Shown in pieces: positions 23,655 through 34,764 of a stretch of 45,939 bases of DNA. Source of the stretch: Nemertoderma westbladi (Eukaryota > Animalia > Xenacoelomorpha). Under the pieces are notes generated by a model, which was not told where the DNA came from, made no database searches, and saw only the letters and a program-made list of their open reading frames with translations. The stretch covers positions 1-45,939 of the forward strand of contig JAUCBJ010008010.1 of NCBI GenBank assembly GCA_032718475.1, read 5' to 3'. The translations under genes and the position numbers were made by a program. Each line of letters begins with the position of its first letter. Within the stretch, counting starts at the first letter, position 1.

Positions 23655-25704
23655 CTATTGTATTATTGTACTTTGTAGAGCCTGCTTGTCTTCTACCGAG
23701 GTCCCGACCCCGGTCTCTTTCAGTCCCTCGAAGTCTTGTCTGAGCAGTCTTTTAAGCTGCTCCTCTGCTCCCTCGTCACCCATTTCCTGCATTGTTCCCG
23801 CGAACATGCATCCTGATGTCTCCGACATCCTGAATGGTATCTTGCTCTTAATTGGACCACTCAGCGTCCACCCGAATGGCGTTAATATGGCCACCGGGTC
23901 GCTCTGCTTGTCTTCGCCGAAGACCGTTTGCATTCTCTCGTGGGCCGTTGGGCAGTCCATGCCTACTATGATGGATACCTTCCTAACGTCCACGTCTGGG
24001 ATTGAGAAGTCAATGTTGTCCAGGAATTTGTATTGCTCGACCTCGATGTTGGTTGGCCGCCTGGCATTGATGTTAATTGACTCTATTACTTGGATGGGGT
24101 CGATGGTTGCCCCATAATCGCATCCTGGTGCCACTGCTGCAATTGCGCACCGTCCTGTCCTCATCTCTAGGATCTCGTCTTTGCTAGAGATGGTTGTCAC
24201 CGCCATCCTGCTTGGCCTCGTTCTCAACCCTATTTCTTCGGCTACCCATTCCTCAACTAATGTGAAGGCAGCTCCACTATCAACCAGCATTAGTGTTGTT
24301 ACTGATCGATTGCCTTCCCCGATCACTCGTACTGGTACTACTCCAAGTAGCACTGTTCCTCTCTTCTTCGCCCCTACTGTGCTCGTCGCCATCGTTTGGC
24401 CTCTCCTTTGGCCAAACTTGACCGGCTTCTCTTGGCACTCCCTAGCCTTATGTCCACTCTTCACGCACCGCGAGCAGATTTTATTGCTCGACGCGTAATC
24501 TATCTGGTCTTGCCTCGGTAGCGCCTGCCAGTACCTGCAGTTCATGGTTTTATGAAGCGCATTTGCGTGTAGCTGGCATTTGCTCTTTGGGTCATAGCCC
24601 TCTTTATACAATGCATTGCGTATCGCAGTTATGTTCGTACCAAAGTCCCTACTATTCTTATTGACTGGGTTTGGCCTACTGGACGTACTGGGGTTATGTT
24701 TATTCATGTTGTTATTGTTTCCCTGTCCGTCCCTTGATGTTGTCTTATCTTCGTTTGTCTGTGGACTTGCAGTCCCCTGCGTCGCTGCATACGGCAACGA
24801 TTGCCTGAGTCTCGGTAATGCGTTCGATGTGTTGTGCTCTGGCTTTGGTCTATGGTAGTCTGTCTTTGGTCCCTTTCCCAGGCTGTCTTCGCTATAGACT
24901 GGGTCAGTTATTAGTTCAGCCTCGTAATTTAAGAAGTTTGACATTTCTTCTAAACCTGGTTCCGCACCCTTCTTGTCCCGGGTGGAGAAAGCGATCTTCC
25001 TCCATTTGTTGCGCAGCCAGCTCGGTAGTGCCTGCGCTATCGTGGTGATGTTATTGGACGCGTTGAGTTCGTATGGCGCGTCTAGCGTCTTCAGCACGAT
25101 CAGCGCCTTCTCGACTTTGTTAGCAAACGTCTTAATGCTAACGGGATTATCCTGTAGGCCACCCGATGTTATGCCTCTCAGCGTTTGCCTGATGATCTTG
25201 GCCGGGTGTCCGTATTCCCTATCCAGTGCCCGCCATGCTGTCGTGAAGCCGCCCTCTATTCCCTGATATTGCCTCACGATGTCGTATGCTGGGCCTCCCG
25301 TGTACACTTGTAGATACTTTAGGCACTCCGCCTGCGTCAAGTTTTTTGTTAGTATTTCGTTACTATACATTCGCCGAAACTGTAAGTATTCTTCCGGCCT
25401 GCTCCCATCGAATTTGAACGGTTCCACGGGTGGTAATTCGATCCTCGTTTTCAACGCATCGATCAACGTGGCCATCCCCATTGCCTGCGCTTCTAATGGA
25501 TTCGACGGGTGCTGTATAGTTTCCCCTGTCTGGTGCGGTTCGTCCGTCCTATTTCTTGATCTTCTCTGATTCGGATATGTAATCGGGGGTAGCGGCCCCC
25601 TCCATATGTCTGTATCACACGACCTGTTTTCATCTAGGGGTCTCGTCGTTCTTGTTCCTGTCGGGGTATATTGTTGATATTGTGATGGGGGAATGTCACC
25701 CTGT
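23655..25704 (-). CDS. gag: BEL/Pao Gag core plus aspartic protease
   Basis: FKFDGSRPEEYLQF...YLQVYTGGPA...AWRALDREYG (Pao Gag, DUF1759-like); CQLHANALHKTMNC and CSRCVKSGHKAREC knuckles; LVDSGAAFTLV protease; AILTPFGWTLSGP. I read the frame open upstream of 25481 as far as the C10 run at 25705-25714. Confidence 0.9.
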
Positions 25705-28700
25705 CCCCCCCCCCACCGGTATGTCTGGTACTGGGGTTGATGTTAATATGTTGGGGCCCATACACCTATCCGCAATAATTCCCCCTTCCCCTGGGTATAT
25801 GTTATGTCCCTGCATGCTGTAGTCATACTGCTGTGCTGGTACCGGTATAGGCCTATCAGCTTCTGGCCTACTCGCCGGTATGTATTCCGCGACTTCCGGG
25901 TTTAATCCCGTTGTCCGCGCTATCCTATCGCCTACATTGCCTCTCTCAGTATGGCCTACGGTATGTGCAGTAAGACCTACAGTATGCCCTACAGTCTGCA
26001 TGTGTTGCTCGGGATCGAAGTTTATTCTTCTCGAATAACCCTCCCCGCGGCTACCGTATTCTCGATCGGTAGGTATATTCCGTCGGAAAGTTTCTCTTCG
26101 ATCCCCCTCTCCACTGTTTTCATCTTCGTACCGGTACATCGCGTACCCCTCTCTCGGCGTGTAATGCGTCTCACCGGATCGCATCCCTCCGGGGCGACGG
26201 CAATCTCCCGGAGTCCGACCCCACTGACTCTCCGTTCTCATCTCGACTACCGACGGCTCGCTGTCCGTCCTCGCTCTTCTATCGTTTGCGGCGATACTTC
26301 TACTACTGTCTTCCTCTCTTCTCCTATCAGTGGAATATTCCCGCTCACGAGATCTCTCGTCGACCTCCCGGTTAAACCCCACTGTTCTTCTTTCCTCCTC
26401 TGATCGGGCTCGACGCTCCGTCTGCCCTCCCGCGACGTCAACCTGTCTTTCTCTGCTCGATCGCACGTCGCGGGGGATACTCGCAATCCCCCTATTACTT
26501 TCCGTCGCCGGTTGTTGCGGTTTACCTTGTTCGGCCCTCGCATTGTCCGCTGACGGTTGTGGGACACTCTCTGCCCCCCCCCCCCCCCCCCCCTCTCGCC
26601 GCTAACTCTCTGTTGTGGGGCCCTTGTAGCCCGCCCCCACCCGCTACATTCTACTTCGCTACCTCTCGCCCCGCCACTATATATCTCTCTAGTCGACACA
26701 TCAACCCTACCACAGTCGGGTCTGTTCACCCCCGCCTCTCCCTCTGCTATTGCGTGGCCTTCCAGGCCCTCTACTCCCTGCCTACCAACTACGCGGCCTA
26801 CCAGGCCCTCTGCTCCCTGTCTACCAACTACGTGGCCTACCAGGCCCTCTGCTCCCTGTCTACTAACTACGTGGCCTACCAGGCCCTCTGCTCCCTGTCT
26901 ACTAACTACGTGGCCCACCAGGCCCTCTGCTCCCTGGTTACGTAGGCCCGACGTGTTTACATTAATAGCACCCATATTGGAAACGGAATTAATTTGCTCA
27001 TTTGAAACAAAATCATTTGTATTATTCTGCGCGACTACGTTATCTGAATTATTTTGTAAATTCGGGCTAAGATCATTATTTGAATTATTCGAATTATTCT
27101 GTGTAATTGCGTTATTTAAGTTATTTTGTAGGTCCGAATTCGAGTTATTATTTTGATTGTTTGAATTATTTTGCGTAACTACATCAATATTAGGATTATT
27201 TTCTATATTAACACTGGGATTGTTCTGATTTAAATTTAAATTACTACCACCAGGCAAAGTATTTCCTGTAATAAAGGTTTGATTAGCGTTATCCCATACG
27301 GTACTATTAATATCAACAACGTCTACTGTACCATTATTATTACCCCCCCCGCCCGTACGGTCGCACCAGTTCTGGGTCTGTCGTGCGGTCCCTGTCAGTG
27401 GAGTATTAATAAATATATCTACGGCCCTCGGCTCCTCAAAAATACTCGAGCCGGCCCCGGTTTCAGACGGCGGTCCCACTCGCACGTATTCCAACTCGTG
27501 CTCCCCTCTAATTATATTTCCCGCAAACTCACTCTGCCGTTTCTCTAATTCCTTGCGCTCCTTTTCACTCTCTGCCACTTTCCCCTCACGCTCCTGGGTG
27601 TCCTTGATGGCCGAGTCTGCGGCACTCTTAATGCTCTCCCTTCGTCTCGCCTCACGCTCTTTGCGTTCCTTTTCCTTTCTCGTCTCATATTCCTTGCGTT
27701 CCTTTTCCCTTTTTGCCTCACGTTCCTTGCGTTCCTCTTCCCCTTTTGCCTCACGTTCCTTGCGTTCCTCTTCCCCTTTTGCCTCACGTTCCTTGCGTTC
27801 CTCTTCCCCTTTTGCCTCACGTTCCTTGCGTTCCTCTTCCCCTTTTACCTCACGTTCCTTGCGTTCCTCGTCCTCCCTTGCCTCACGCTCTCTGCGTTCC
27901 CTTTCCTCTCTCGCTTCACGCTCCCTACACTCCCTTTCCTCTATCTCATCATACTCCCTTAGGCTTTTCAAAGCCCTTTCGGCCCTTTCTCCGGTTTCTC
28001 TAAGCAATACCGTTTCCCTCTCTAACCGCACTCTTCCCTCCTCTAGCCGTTCCTTCATTTCTCTCTGACCTTGCTCTGCCATGCTGAGACGGTATGCGGC
28101 TCCTATTTTCCTCACCGCTCTTTCTTTCGCGGAGGATGTAGCAGACTTATCGGTTATGACGGACTTCCCCCGCCTTCCCGACCTACTAACTTTCTCCCAC
28201 TTCCCGGAGCTTTCTCCGACCGACGAGGCCGAATCCTCGGTGTTAACCTCGGATTCGCCCCCTTTGAGTCCCCTCCAACCCACCGGTTTTACTCCCCGGG
28301 CATCGATTAAGTATGGCCCTATGTACACTGACGCTATGCTAGGTCCCATACTCCCACACTCCCATAGTTCAAACAGTTCGCCTGCAATTCCCTTTGCTCT
28401 CTCCCCGGCTAGTTCTCTCTGCCCAAAACGTATCAGGTAATTTAAGTGTCTATCCGACTCACCTAGTCGCTTTCTCAGTCTCACCTCGTCCACCTTCGCC
28501 CCTTCCTTCTTGGCGTCGTTTATCAGCTTCCGGGTCGCGTTGTAGGCCCGTCGAAGTCGGTCAGAAACCCCGACGTCCTCGTCGCCGACCTCTCCTCCGT
28601 CCCTCCGGGTTCGACGTCGTACCGGCGGCTCCACCGTCGCCGTTCCGGTGGGCCGTCCGTCGCCCTCGGCCTGTAGCTGGCCGGCGACATCGGTACCGAT

Positions 28701-29021
28701 CTTTCCTCCGTCTCTTCGCGTCCGGCGTCGCACCGTCGGCCCCACCGGTTCGGTGGGCCGCTCGTCGCCCTCGGCCGGTAGCTGGCCGGCGACATCGGCG
28801 CGCCGTCCTCCGTCCCGTGTCGACTCATCTCCTTCTCCCTCCGTCTCGCTCTCTCTCTCTCTTGGCTCGACTTCGGGTTCCAGGCCCTCCTCGTCCTGTG
28901 CTTCCGGTTCGCCCGTTATCGATGGCTCCGGCGTCGTGGGCCTGTATCGTTTGGTCGCGGCCTCGCGGATCGTTAGGTCTTCGTCCGGGGTCCGCGTCGG
29001 TGTCTCGCCCGATTCACTCAT
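25696..29021 (-). CDS. Long low-complexity N-terminal Gag extension, split by homopolymer frameshifts
   Basis: ATG at 29021, 78 nt after the 5' LTR. The 924-aa frame switches at C20 (26574-26593) into the 256-aa frame, which I read as open up to that run, then at C10 (25705-25714) into the Gag frame. Confidence 0.75.
26755..26940 (-). repeat. 39-bp coding tandem repeat (RQGAEGLVGHVVS)x~5
   Basis: CCAGGCCCTCTGCTCCCTGTCTACTAACTACGTGGCCTA units. Confidence 0.9.
27650..27925 (-). repeat. 30-bp coding tandem repeat (EERKEREAKG)n, charged helix/coiled coil
   Basis: TTGCCTCACGTTCCTTGCGTTCCTCTTCCCCTT-type units. Confidence 0.9.
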
Positions 29022-29099
29022 CTCGTTTGTGGCTGATGATTCGGCTAGCTAGGTTGCAGTTCTTAGAGTTTAACTAGGGCGGCAGCTCGGTTTAGTTAC

Positions 29100-29637
29100 T
29101 GTGACGGGATCCAGGAGGGATCCCGATTTATCCGATGTGGTATTTAGTCCACGCGTCCCCGCCGTGTATGAGAGTGAAATAAAGATAACTGAGTTCTGAA
29201 GTTCGGTGTATAATAATAGGTTATAGGATATAGATATATTGTGAATTATACGGTAGGCGGGATACGGTAACTAAAGTCCCGTGATCCCCTAACTAAACTA
29301 ACTGGCTGTACCCTACGCTAGCACTGCTGCACTGAGATAACTGAATCACTGATTAATAGGTTATTGGTTATATTGCACGGTGGCCTTACTGCTACTCAAT
29401 CGATGCCATTCCCCCCTCTGATTGGTTAATACCCTTGTTGGCGCCCCGTGGAGTATTCCCGTTCACTCCACCTGTTCTCCTTGGGTTAGGGGTTTGGCCC
29501 CTGACCCTCTATTGTGTGCTTCCTTCCCACTCTTATTGGGATGGCACGAGTTGGTTAATTGCCCAATCTCGTGGCTCCCAATATTGCTTATCGGCTAATA
29601 ACTTTATGGGGTGTTGGCGGGATTGAATAAGCTAACA
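29100..29637 (-). repeat. 5' LTR (538 bp)
   Basis: Direct repeat of 13501-14039, followed by TSD TCCGT. Confidence 0.97.
29339..29372 (-). promoter_or_regulatory. Candidate LTR core promoter: TATAA plus Inr-like TCAGTT
   Basis: Minus-strand TATAA begins at 29372; the A of TCAGTT is at 29342, 30 nt downstream. Confidence 0.45.
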
Positions 29638-29805
29638 TCCGTACTCGAAAAAACTACTTATACATGTTATACCCCGTTACCGTTTGATACCGGTAGTCAC
29701 AATGATAGCGAAAACAACGACCCGTTTTTAGCACAAAGGATCGGACGGCCAAGAGGTTCGTCCAATAAAGGGTATATACGGATTCGTACATTCTCAGACG
29801 TTGAC

Positions 29806-30548
29806 AATTTGGTTAGAAAATCCCGCCTCTGTAATCTGCCCCTTTCCCTCAATTAGCTAAATGATCGTTTATTGTTTTGGTTAGATAATCCCGCCTCTGT
29901 AACCTGCTCCTTTCCCTCAATTGGTAATGTTATCGTTTATTGTTTTGGTTAGAAAATCCCGCCTCTGTAACCTGCTCCTTTCTCTCAATTGGTAATGTTA
30001 TCGTTTATTGTTTTGGTTAGAAAATCCCGTCTCTGTAACCTGCTCCTTTCTCTCAATTGGTAATGTTATCGTTTATTGTTTTGGTTAGAAAATCCCGTCT
30101 CTGTAACCTGCTCCTTTCCGTCAATTTGTTAAATGATCGTTTATTGTTTTGGTTAGAAAATCCCGCCTCTGTAACCTGCCCCTTTCCCTCAATTAGTTAA
30201 ATGATCGTTTATTGTTTTGGTTAGATAATCCCGCCTCTGTAACCTGCTCCTTTCCCTCAATTGGTAATGTTATCGTTTATTGTTTTGGTTAGGAAATCCC
30301 GCCTCTGTAACCTGATCCTTTCCCTCAATAAGTTAAGTGATCGTTTTTTGTTTTGGTTAGAAAATCCCGCCTCTGTAACCTGCTCCTTTCCCTCAATTAG
30401 TTAAGTGATCGTTTATTGTTTTGGTTAGAAAATCCCGTCTCTGTAACCTGCTCCTTTCCCTGATTTGGTAAAGTGACTGTTTATTGTTTTGGTTAGAAAA
30501 CTCGGCCTTAACCTGCTCCTTTCCATCAATTGGTAATTGTTTTTGGCT
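29806..30548. repeat. ~68-bp tandem repeat, ~11 copies
   Basis: TTTTGGTTAGAAAATCCCGCCTCTGTAACCTGCTCCTTTCCCTCAATT... recurs at ~29813, 29881, 29949 ... 30493. Confidence 0.95.
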
Positions 30549-31679
30549 TTAAAATGAGTGTTTTGCTACGTCATGTGGTAATCGATTATCGACAACAACC
30601 ACAAACTATTAAATATAGAGTCTTTTTACCACAGGCGCATATGGAATTCTATCTCATAGTCTATAAATCATGGAATCATGGAATGTTTTGGCACAGGCAT
30701 AGTGAAATCAACGATCTGACAGTCCAGAAATCACCAGTCTGACAGTTTGAAGAAATACATACATAAAAAGTCATTAAAATGACAATAAAAGTCATTAAAT
30801 GGACCACAAAAGTCATTATGCATAATTCGTAAAAAAAAAATGACAAAAAAAGTCAAATAAAATGACATAAAAAATCACTGCCGATTCTAAATTAGGAAAA
30901 CACTAGTAAAACAGTAAAACACTAGGAAAACATAGGAAAAGTACTGTAAAACACCCGGAAAACAGTGAAAATATTGATCAGCAGGGAATTTAACACATTT
31001 ACTCCTCTGAATTGACAATCCTAAATGTACTCCTCGCATAGCACCCCTTAAGTAATCACCGTAAAACATAGGAAAACACTATAAAAACTCTATAAACCTT
31101 CCGGAAAACAGTGAAAAAATTGATGGGCCTCCCTAAAACCCGGTCCCGGTCCCCAAGACCCCTAAAACCCCCCGGTCCAATGATATTCTACGGGGAATTT
31201 ATCCAAAACTAGGACCGGGTAAAACCCGGTCGGTCCTGACCCCTAAAAGTCGGTCCATAAAAGCCGGTCCATGCTTGGATTGGCCAATGAAAAAATATTC
31301 CAGCCAATAAAACAACGATAGTAATATTCCAGCCAATGAAACAAGGTTAAATAGTATTACTGCTGGCTGCTATACACAGATACAGCGGTGTTTACTTTAT
31401 TACAGGGATTATCTTTCTGTCTTTGTCTATATACAGTAGGCCTATAGGTAGGCCTGCATCATATTCATCCGTGGGAATTATCACACGGCCTTATTTCCCA
31501 CTTTATATATCTAGCATTGTAGTAAGGCCCTACACTGTATACTATACACAGTACAGTATAGTACCTACTGTACCAGGTCAGGTCAGGTATTCTAGGTCAT
31601 TGATCAAGAAAACTTGCCATCTCCATGCAGCATAAAGGAGGTGCCACCTGTAGCTGCATAGACCCTCTAACTAGGGCAA

Positions 31680-33075
31680 ATCTCTAACCGCATCATCCGT
31701 TGCGACTTCTCATGTTCTGGAAGACTGGCTAAGAAGTTTCCTAAGGTGGTTCTGATTGTGTGCTACTCTCCAACTAGTGTTGCCCCTGTAGAGGAGGTGG
31801 AAAATTTCTACCAGAATCTACAAGCAGCTACTGATGGAGTGGATCAGCATTTAGTTTAGTTTAATTACGCCAGTATCAATAAAAATATGACTCAAAAGTC
31901 AAACATACAAACACAAATGACAGAAATAAAGATAATCCATGATTAGGACAAAATTACAGTAAAATTAAATTTCCATATGAAGGTAATGTACCGTAATACG
32001 TACTGTAATGTAATATATACACGTTCTGTTATACAGTCTGCATTGCACCAAGATAAATACTTATACATATTCAGATATTATAAACAATTGGTTTTCGCAA
32101 TGGCTGGCAAGTTACGCAGTTGCGTTTTAAGGCGGGAATAAAATATAAATAAAAAATAGATTAATTAATTAAAGATACAATTCGATAAAATATTAATAAA
32201 AAAAATAGATTAATTAATTAAAGATAAAATTCGATAAAAAAAAATAAATATTAAGTCAAGACAAGAAATATATTCCTCGAACCAGCCACATATGTAATGT
32301 AATCATTAGATTTACAGTATATTTCTAAATTCATTGCAGTATTCGAAGATTCTGCCAAGTTATACAATTGCATTTTAAAGCCGGGAAAACAAAATTAAAA
32401 GAAAAACTTATGTAATAATGCTTTAATTATATTTATACAGTAAAAATCATAGATGTATAAAAATCGCAGGTGTGGAAATAAAATATATGAATAAAATTCG
32501 AGAAAAATTAAGATATACTATAGGTATGTATCAAGGGTTAAAAGTTTGATGGAAATAAAATGAAATAATTACTTAAAAGAAGTATCTGTCAACTGAAAAT
32601 AAAAGGCTGTTTTCTTGAGGTGCGGGAGAGTCGTCATAAATGTTCATAATAGTTGGCATGAAGCGATCGAGCCCTATTTTAAAAGCATTCACGGTGGTCG
32701 CGGTTACAACGTCGTTGGGTAACCGGTTCCAGACGTTTACCACTCGGTTTGCGAATGAGTTTTTGCAAACGAGCAAGTTCTTATTGAGGGCCTGTTTGTG
32801 TAGCTTTAGGGAGTTTCCTCTAGTATTGTGGTGGTGAGTGTCGACAACAAGCGACAATAGTTGTTTCCAATCAAAGGCAGCCTTGCCATGGGTTAGGTTC
32901 CACACTTGCATGCATTCTTAACATTCCTGGGAGACTTTAATGCAAGTCTGCATCAATCACCTACATCGCCCTGGGTCTATAGCAATAGTGTTAACCGAAA
33001 TTCCGTCCATCTTCAGGATTTTATCTCTGGAAATGGATTGTTTTCGGCTGGAACCCAGTTCAAGAAGCGAACTGG
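31680..33075 (+). pseudogene. Apurinic-like endonuclease (APE) fragment of an RTE-like LINE, split by a CR1 insertion
   Basis: SNRIIR...VLIVCYSPTSVAPVEEVENFYQNLQAATDGVDQH (to 31850) rejoins AFLTFLGDFNASL...NRNSVHLQDFISGNGLFSAGTQFKK (from 32912). Confidence 0.8.
31851..32907 (-). mobile_element. 5'-truncated CR1-like LINE (ORF2 C-terminus, long 3' UTR, microsatellite tail)
   Basis: TRGNSLKL...FANRVVNVWNRLPNDVVTATTVNAFKIGLD; (TAAAC)n tail on the minus strand at 31851-31863; GCAT duplicated at 31847-31850 and 32908-32911. Confidence 0.85.
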
Positions 33076-33816
33076 AACTGTACTCCCCTTACAGCAAACA
33101 GTGTTTGTATAGTATAGTAAGCAGAATGTCAATGTGTATAGGAAATGAAACTTTCCCGTGGATAACATACATTTATTTAGTCGCCCAGTTTTAGCCCCTG
33201 TCTAATTATTAATTAAACTAATAAATGAAAATAAACTAATATTTATTCTATTAATAATTACACAAACATTGTGTTTTACTTTTTATTACTCCAAATATGT
33301 TCAATATTAATAAATACAGTGTGTGATCCTACATTTATTTGTAAGTTCAATACGATTTTAAATTATTCCAGAGCCCACCAGCCCACGGACGTTAACTAAT
33401 GTGCGGATGTGTGTGGATTTCAGCTATTAGAGTTTATATTTTAAATATTATTTACGTCAGAGGCTGGCAATACAAGGTACAGTAGGAGGAGTGTAATTTT
33501 CCATCGATATCCATACCTCAATGTAATGAACTGAACACTACGCAAACTTTAGGCTGAGTCTAGTCCATTCTATACAACTTAATGATTGACAAGATAGAGA
33601 AGATGTAGACCAGCACAAGCATAGTCTGAGTCAGTCCACCTTCCAGACATCAAAGTAAGCGCCGATTTCCAAGTAAATACCTAATAAAATCCAAATCAAA
33701 TCCTAAGTGCCTCCAAGTCTGGAATTTGGGCTAAATTTCATTTCCAATTAAATCCTAACTCCAATAGTAGTGAATCAGTGACTTGGATCCTAATAGGATC
33801 CTATTAGGAACCAATA

Positions 33817-34041
33817 CTACGTTATTTGAAAGCGGTACTTGCGGGAGTCGATGTTTAAACTATTGTTATTTCTGTATAGAAACCTAAGCCTACTGTTGAC
33901 TTTCGAGAAAATATTTTTCGCTATGCTTTCTCCTGTTAAGCAGTTATCCAATGTGGCGCCTAAATATTTACCTTCCTTTTTATTTTCAATATTATGTCCA
34001 TTACTAGGGATAAAAGGTACTGGGGAAATGGTACCAAACAA
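33817..34041 (-). pseudogene. LINE reverse transcriptase C-terminal fragment
   Basis: KYLGATLDNCLTGESIAKNIFSKVNSRLRFLYR matches the LINE KYLG..LD..L motif. Confidence 0.7.
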
Positions 34042-34764
34042 AATAAAATACCCATTTTAATATAATTAAACAAAATTTAATGTAAAAAATTTAAAAACCG
34101 ATTCTTAAGGTAACGGTAATTACTTGCCATACTTACTTAAGCAATTATAACTTTTTGTTGGGCACTGCTTGCAAAGTTGACAATAATATTATAATAATAA
34201 TTATTATGAAGTTATAATACAGTAATATGAAAACCACTCATTCACCCAAATAACACCCATAATAAATTACTTAAGCAACCCCAGAAAAAAGAATAACAGT
34301 TACTGCAAATCAAATGTATTGCATCTAATGCCTCATTTTTAGTTTCCCCCATTTATATTTCTTTAGTTTTACAATATTGTCTTCTTCCTGTGTCGTTTCA
34401 TCAATATTCTCCAAGAATAGCTCAAGATCGGAATCGACAACACCAGTTAGAACAATACTATAAGCAGCAAGCTCACCCACCACCCAGTTTGTATATTCAG
34501 TTAGGGTGGTTAACATCAGTGGTGTTGGGAGCCCGTCCATAACGAGGCCTACTGTAGAGCAACCCATTTCCAATGCCACTTCTATTTGCCATCTTTAACA
34601 TCTTAAAATCTTTAACAGCCGCAGCACTCCAAGGATCTTCGGCTAAGGGTTTGTTTGATAACCATTATAGCCGAAAATGGAATATCACAGCAGCTATGGT
34701 CCTTCAGTACTTTGGGACAGACATACGCAGACATTAAATTAGAATAATTAAAGATTGTTCGCTA

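Larger units (their letters stand above)
13501..29637 (-). mobile_element. Full-length BEL/Pao (Belpaoviridae) LTR retrotransposon with extra exonuclease ORF
   Basis: Two direct LTRs with TG...CA ends; 5-bp TSD TCCGT at 13496-13500 and 29638-29642; domain order Gag-PR-RT-RNaseH-IN with Pao-type motifs; PPT next to the 3' LTR. Confidence 0.97.

Noticed and set aside
23650-23660. Programmed gag/pol frameshift or readthrough
   Set aside because: The break is between protease and RT, has no slippery heptamer, and looks like a deletion scar; BEL/Pao elements usually have one ORF.
14686-29077. Numerous plus-strand ORFs within the retrotransposon
   Set aside because: Antisense shadows of GC-rich or repetitive coding sequence; Ser/Pro/Leu-rich with no motifs.
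29030-29099. tRNA-Lys-like sequence (CGGCTAGCT) near the PBS
   Set aside because: Only ~9 nt resemble a tRNA 5' end; no cloverleaf or T-loop, and it is not adjacent to the LTR.
34325-34680. Possible Gypsy RT/RNase H remnant on the minus strand
   Set aside because: Only a faint W....F..LK resemblance; no diagnostic motif.
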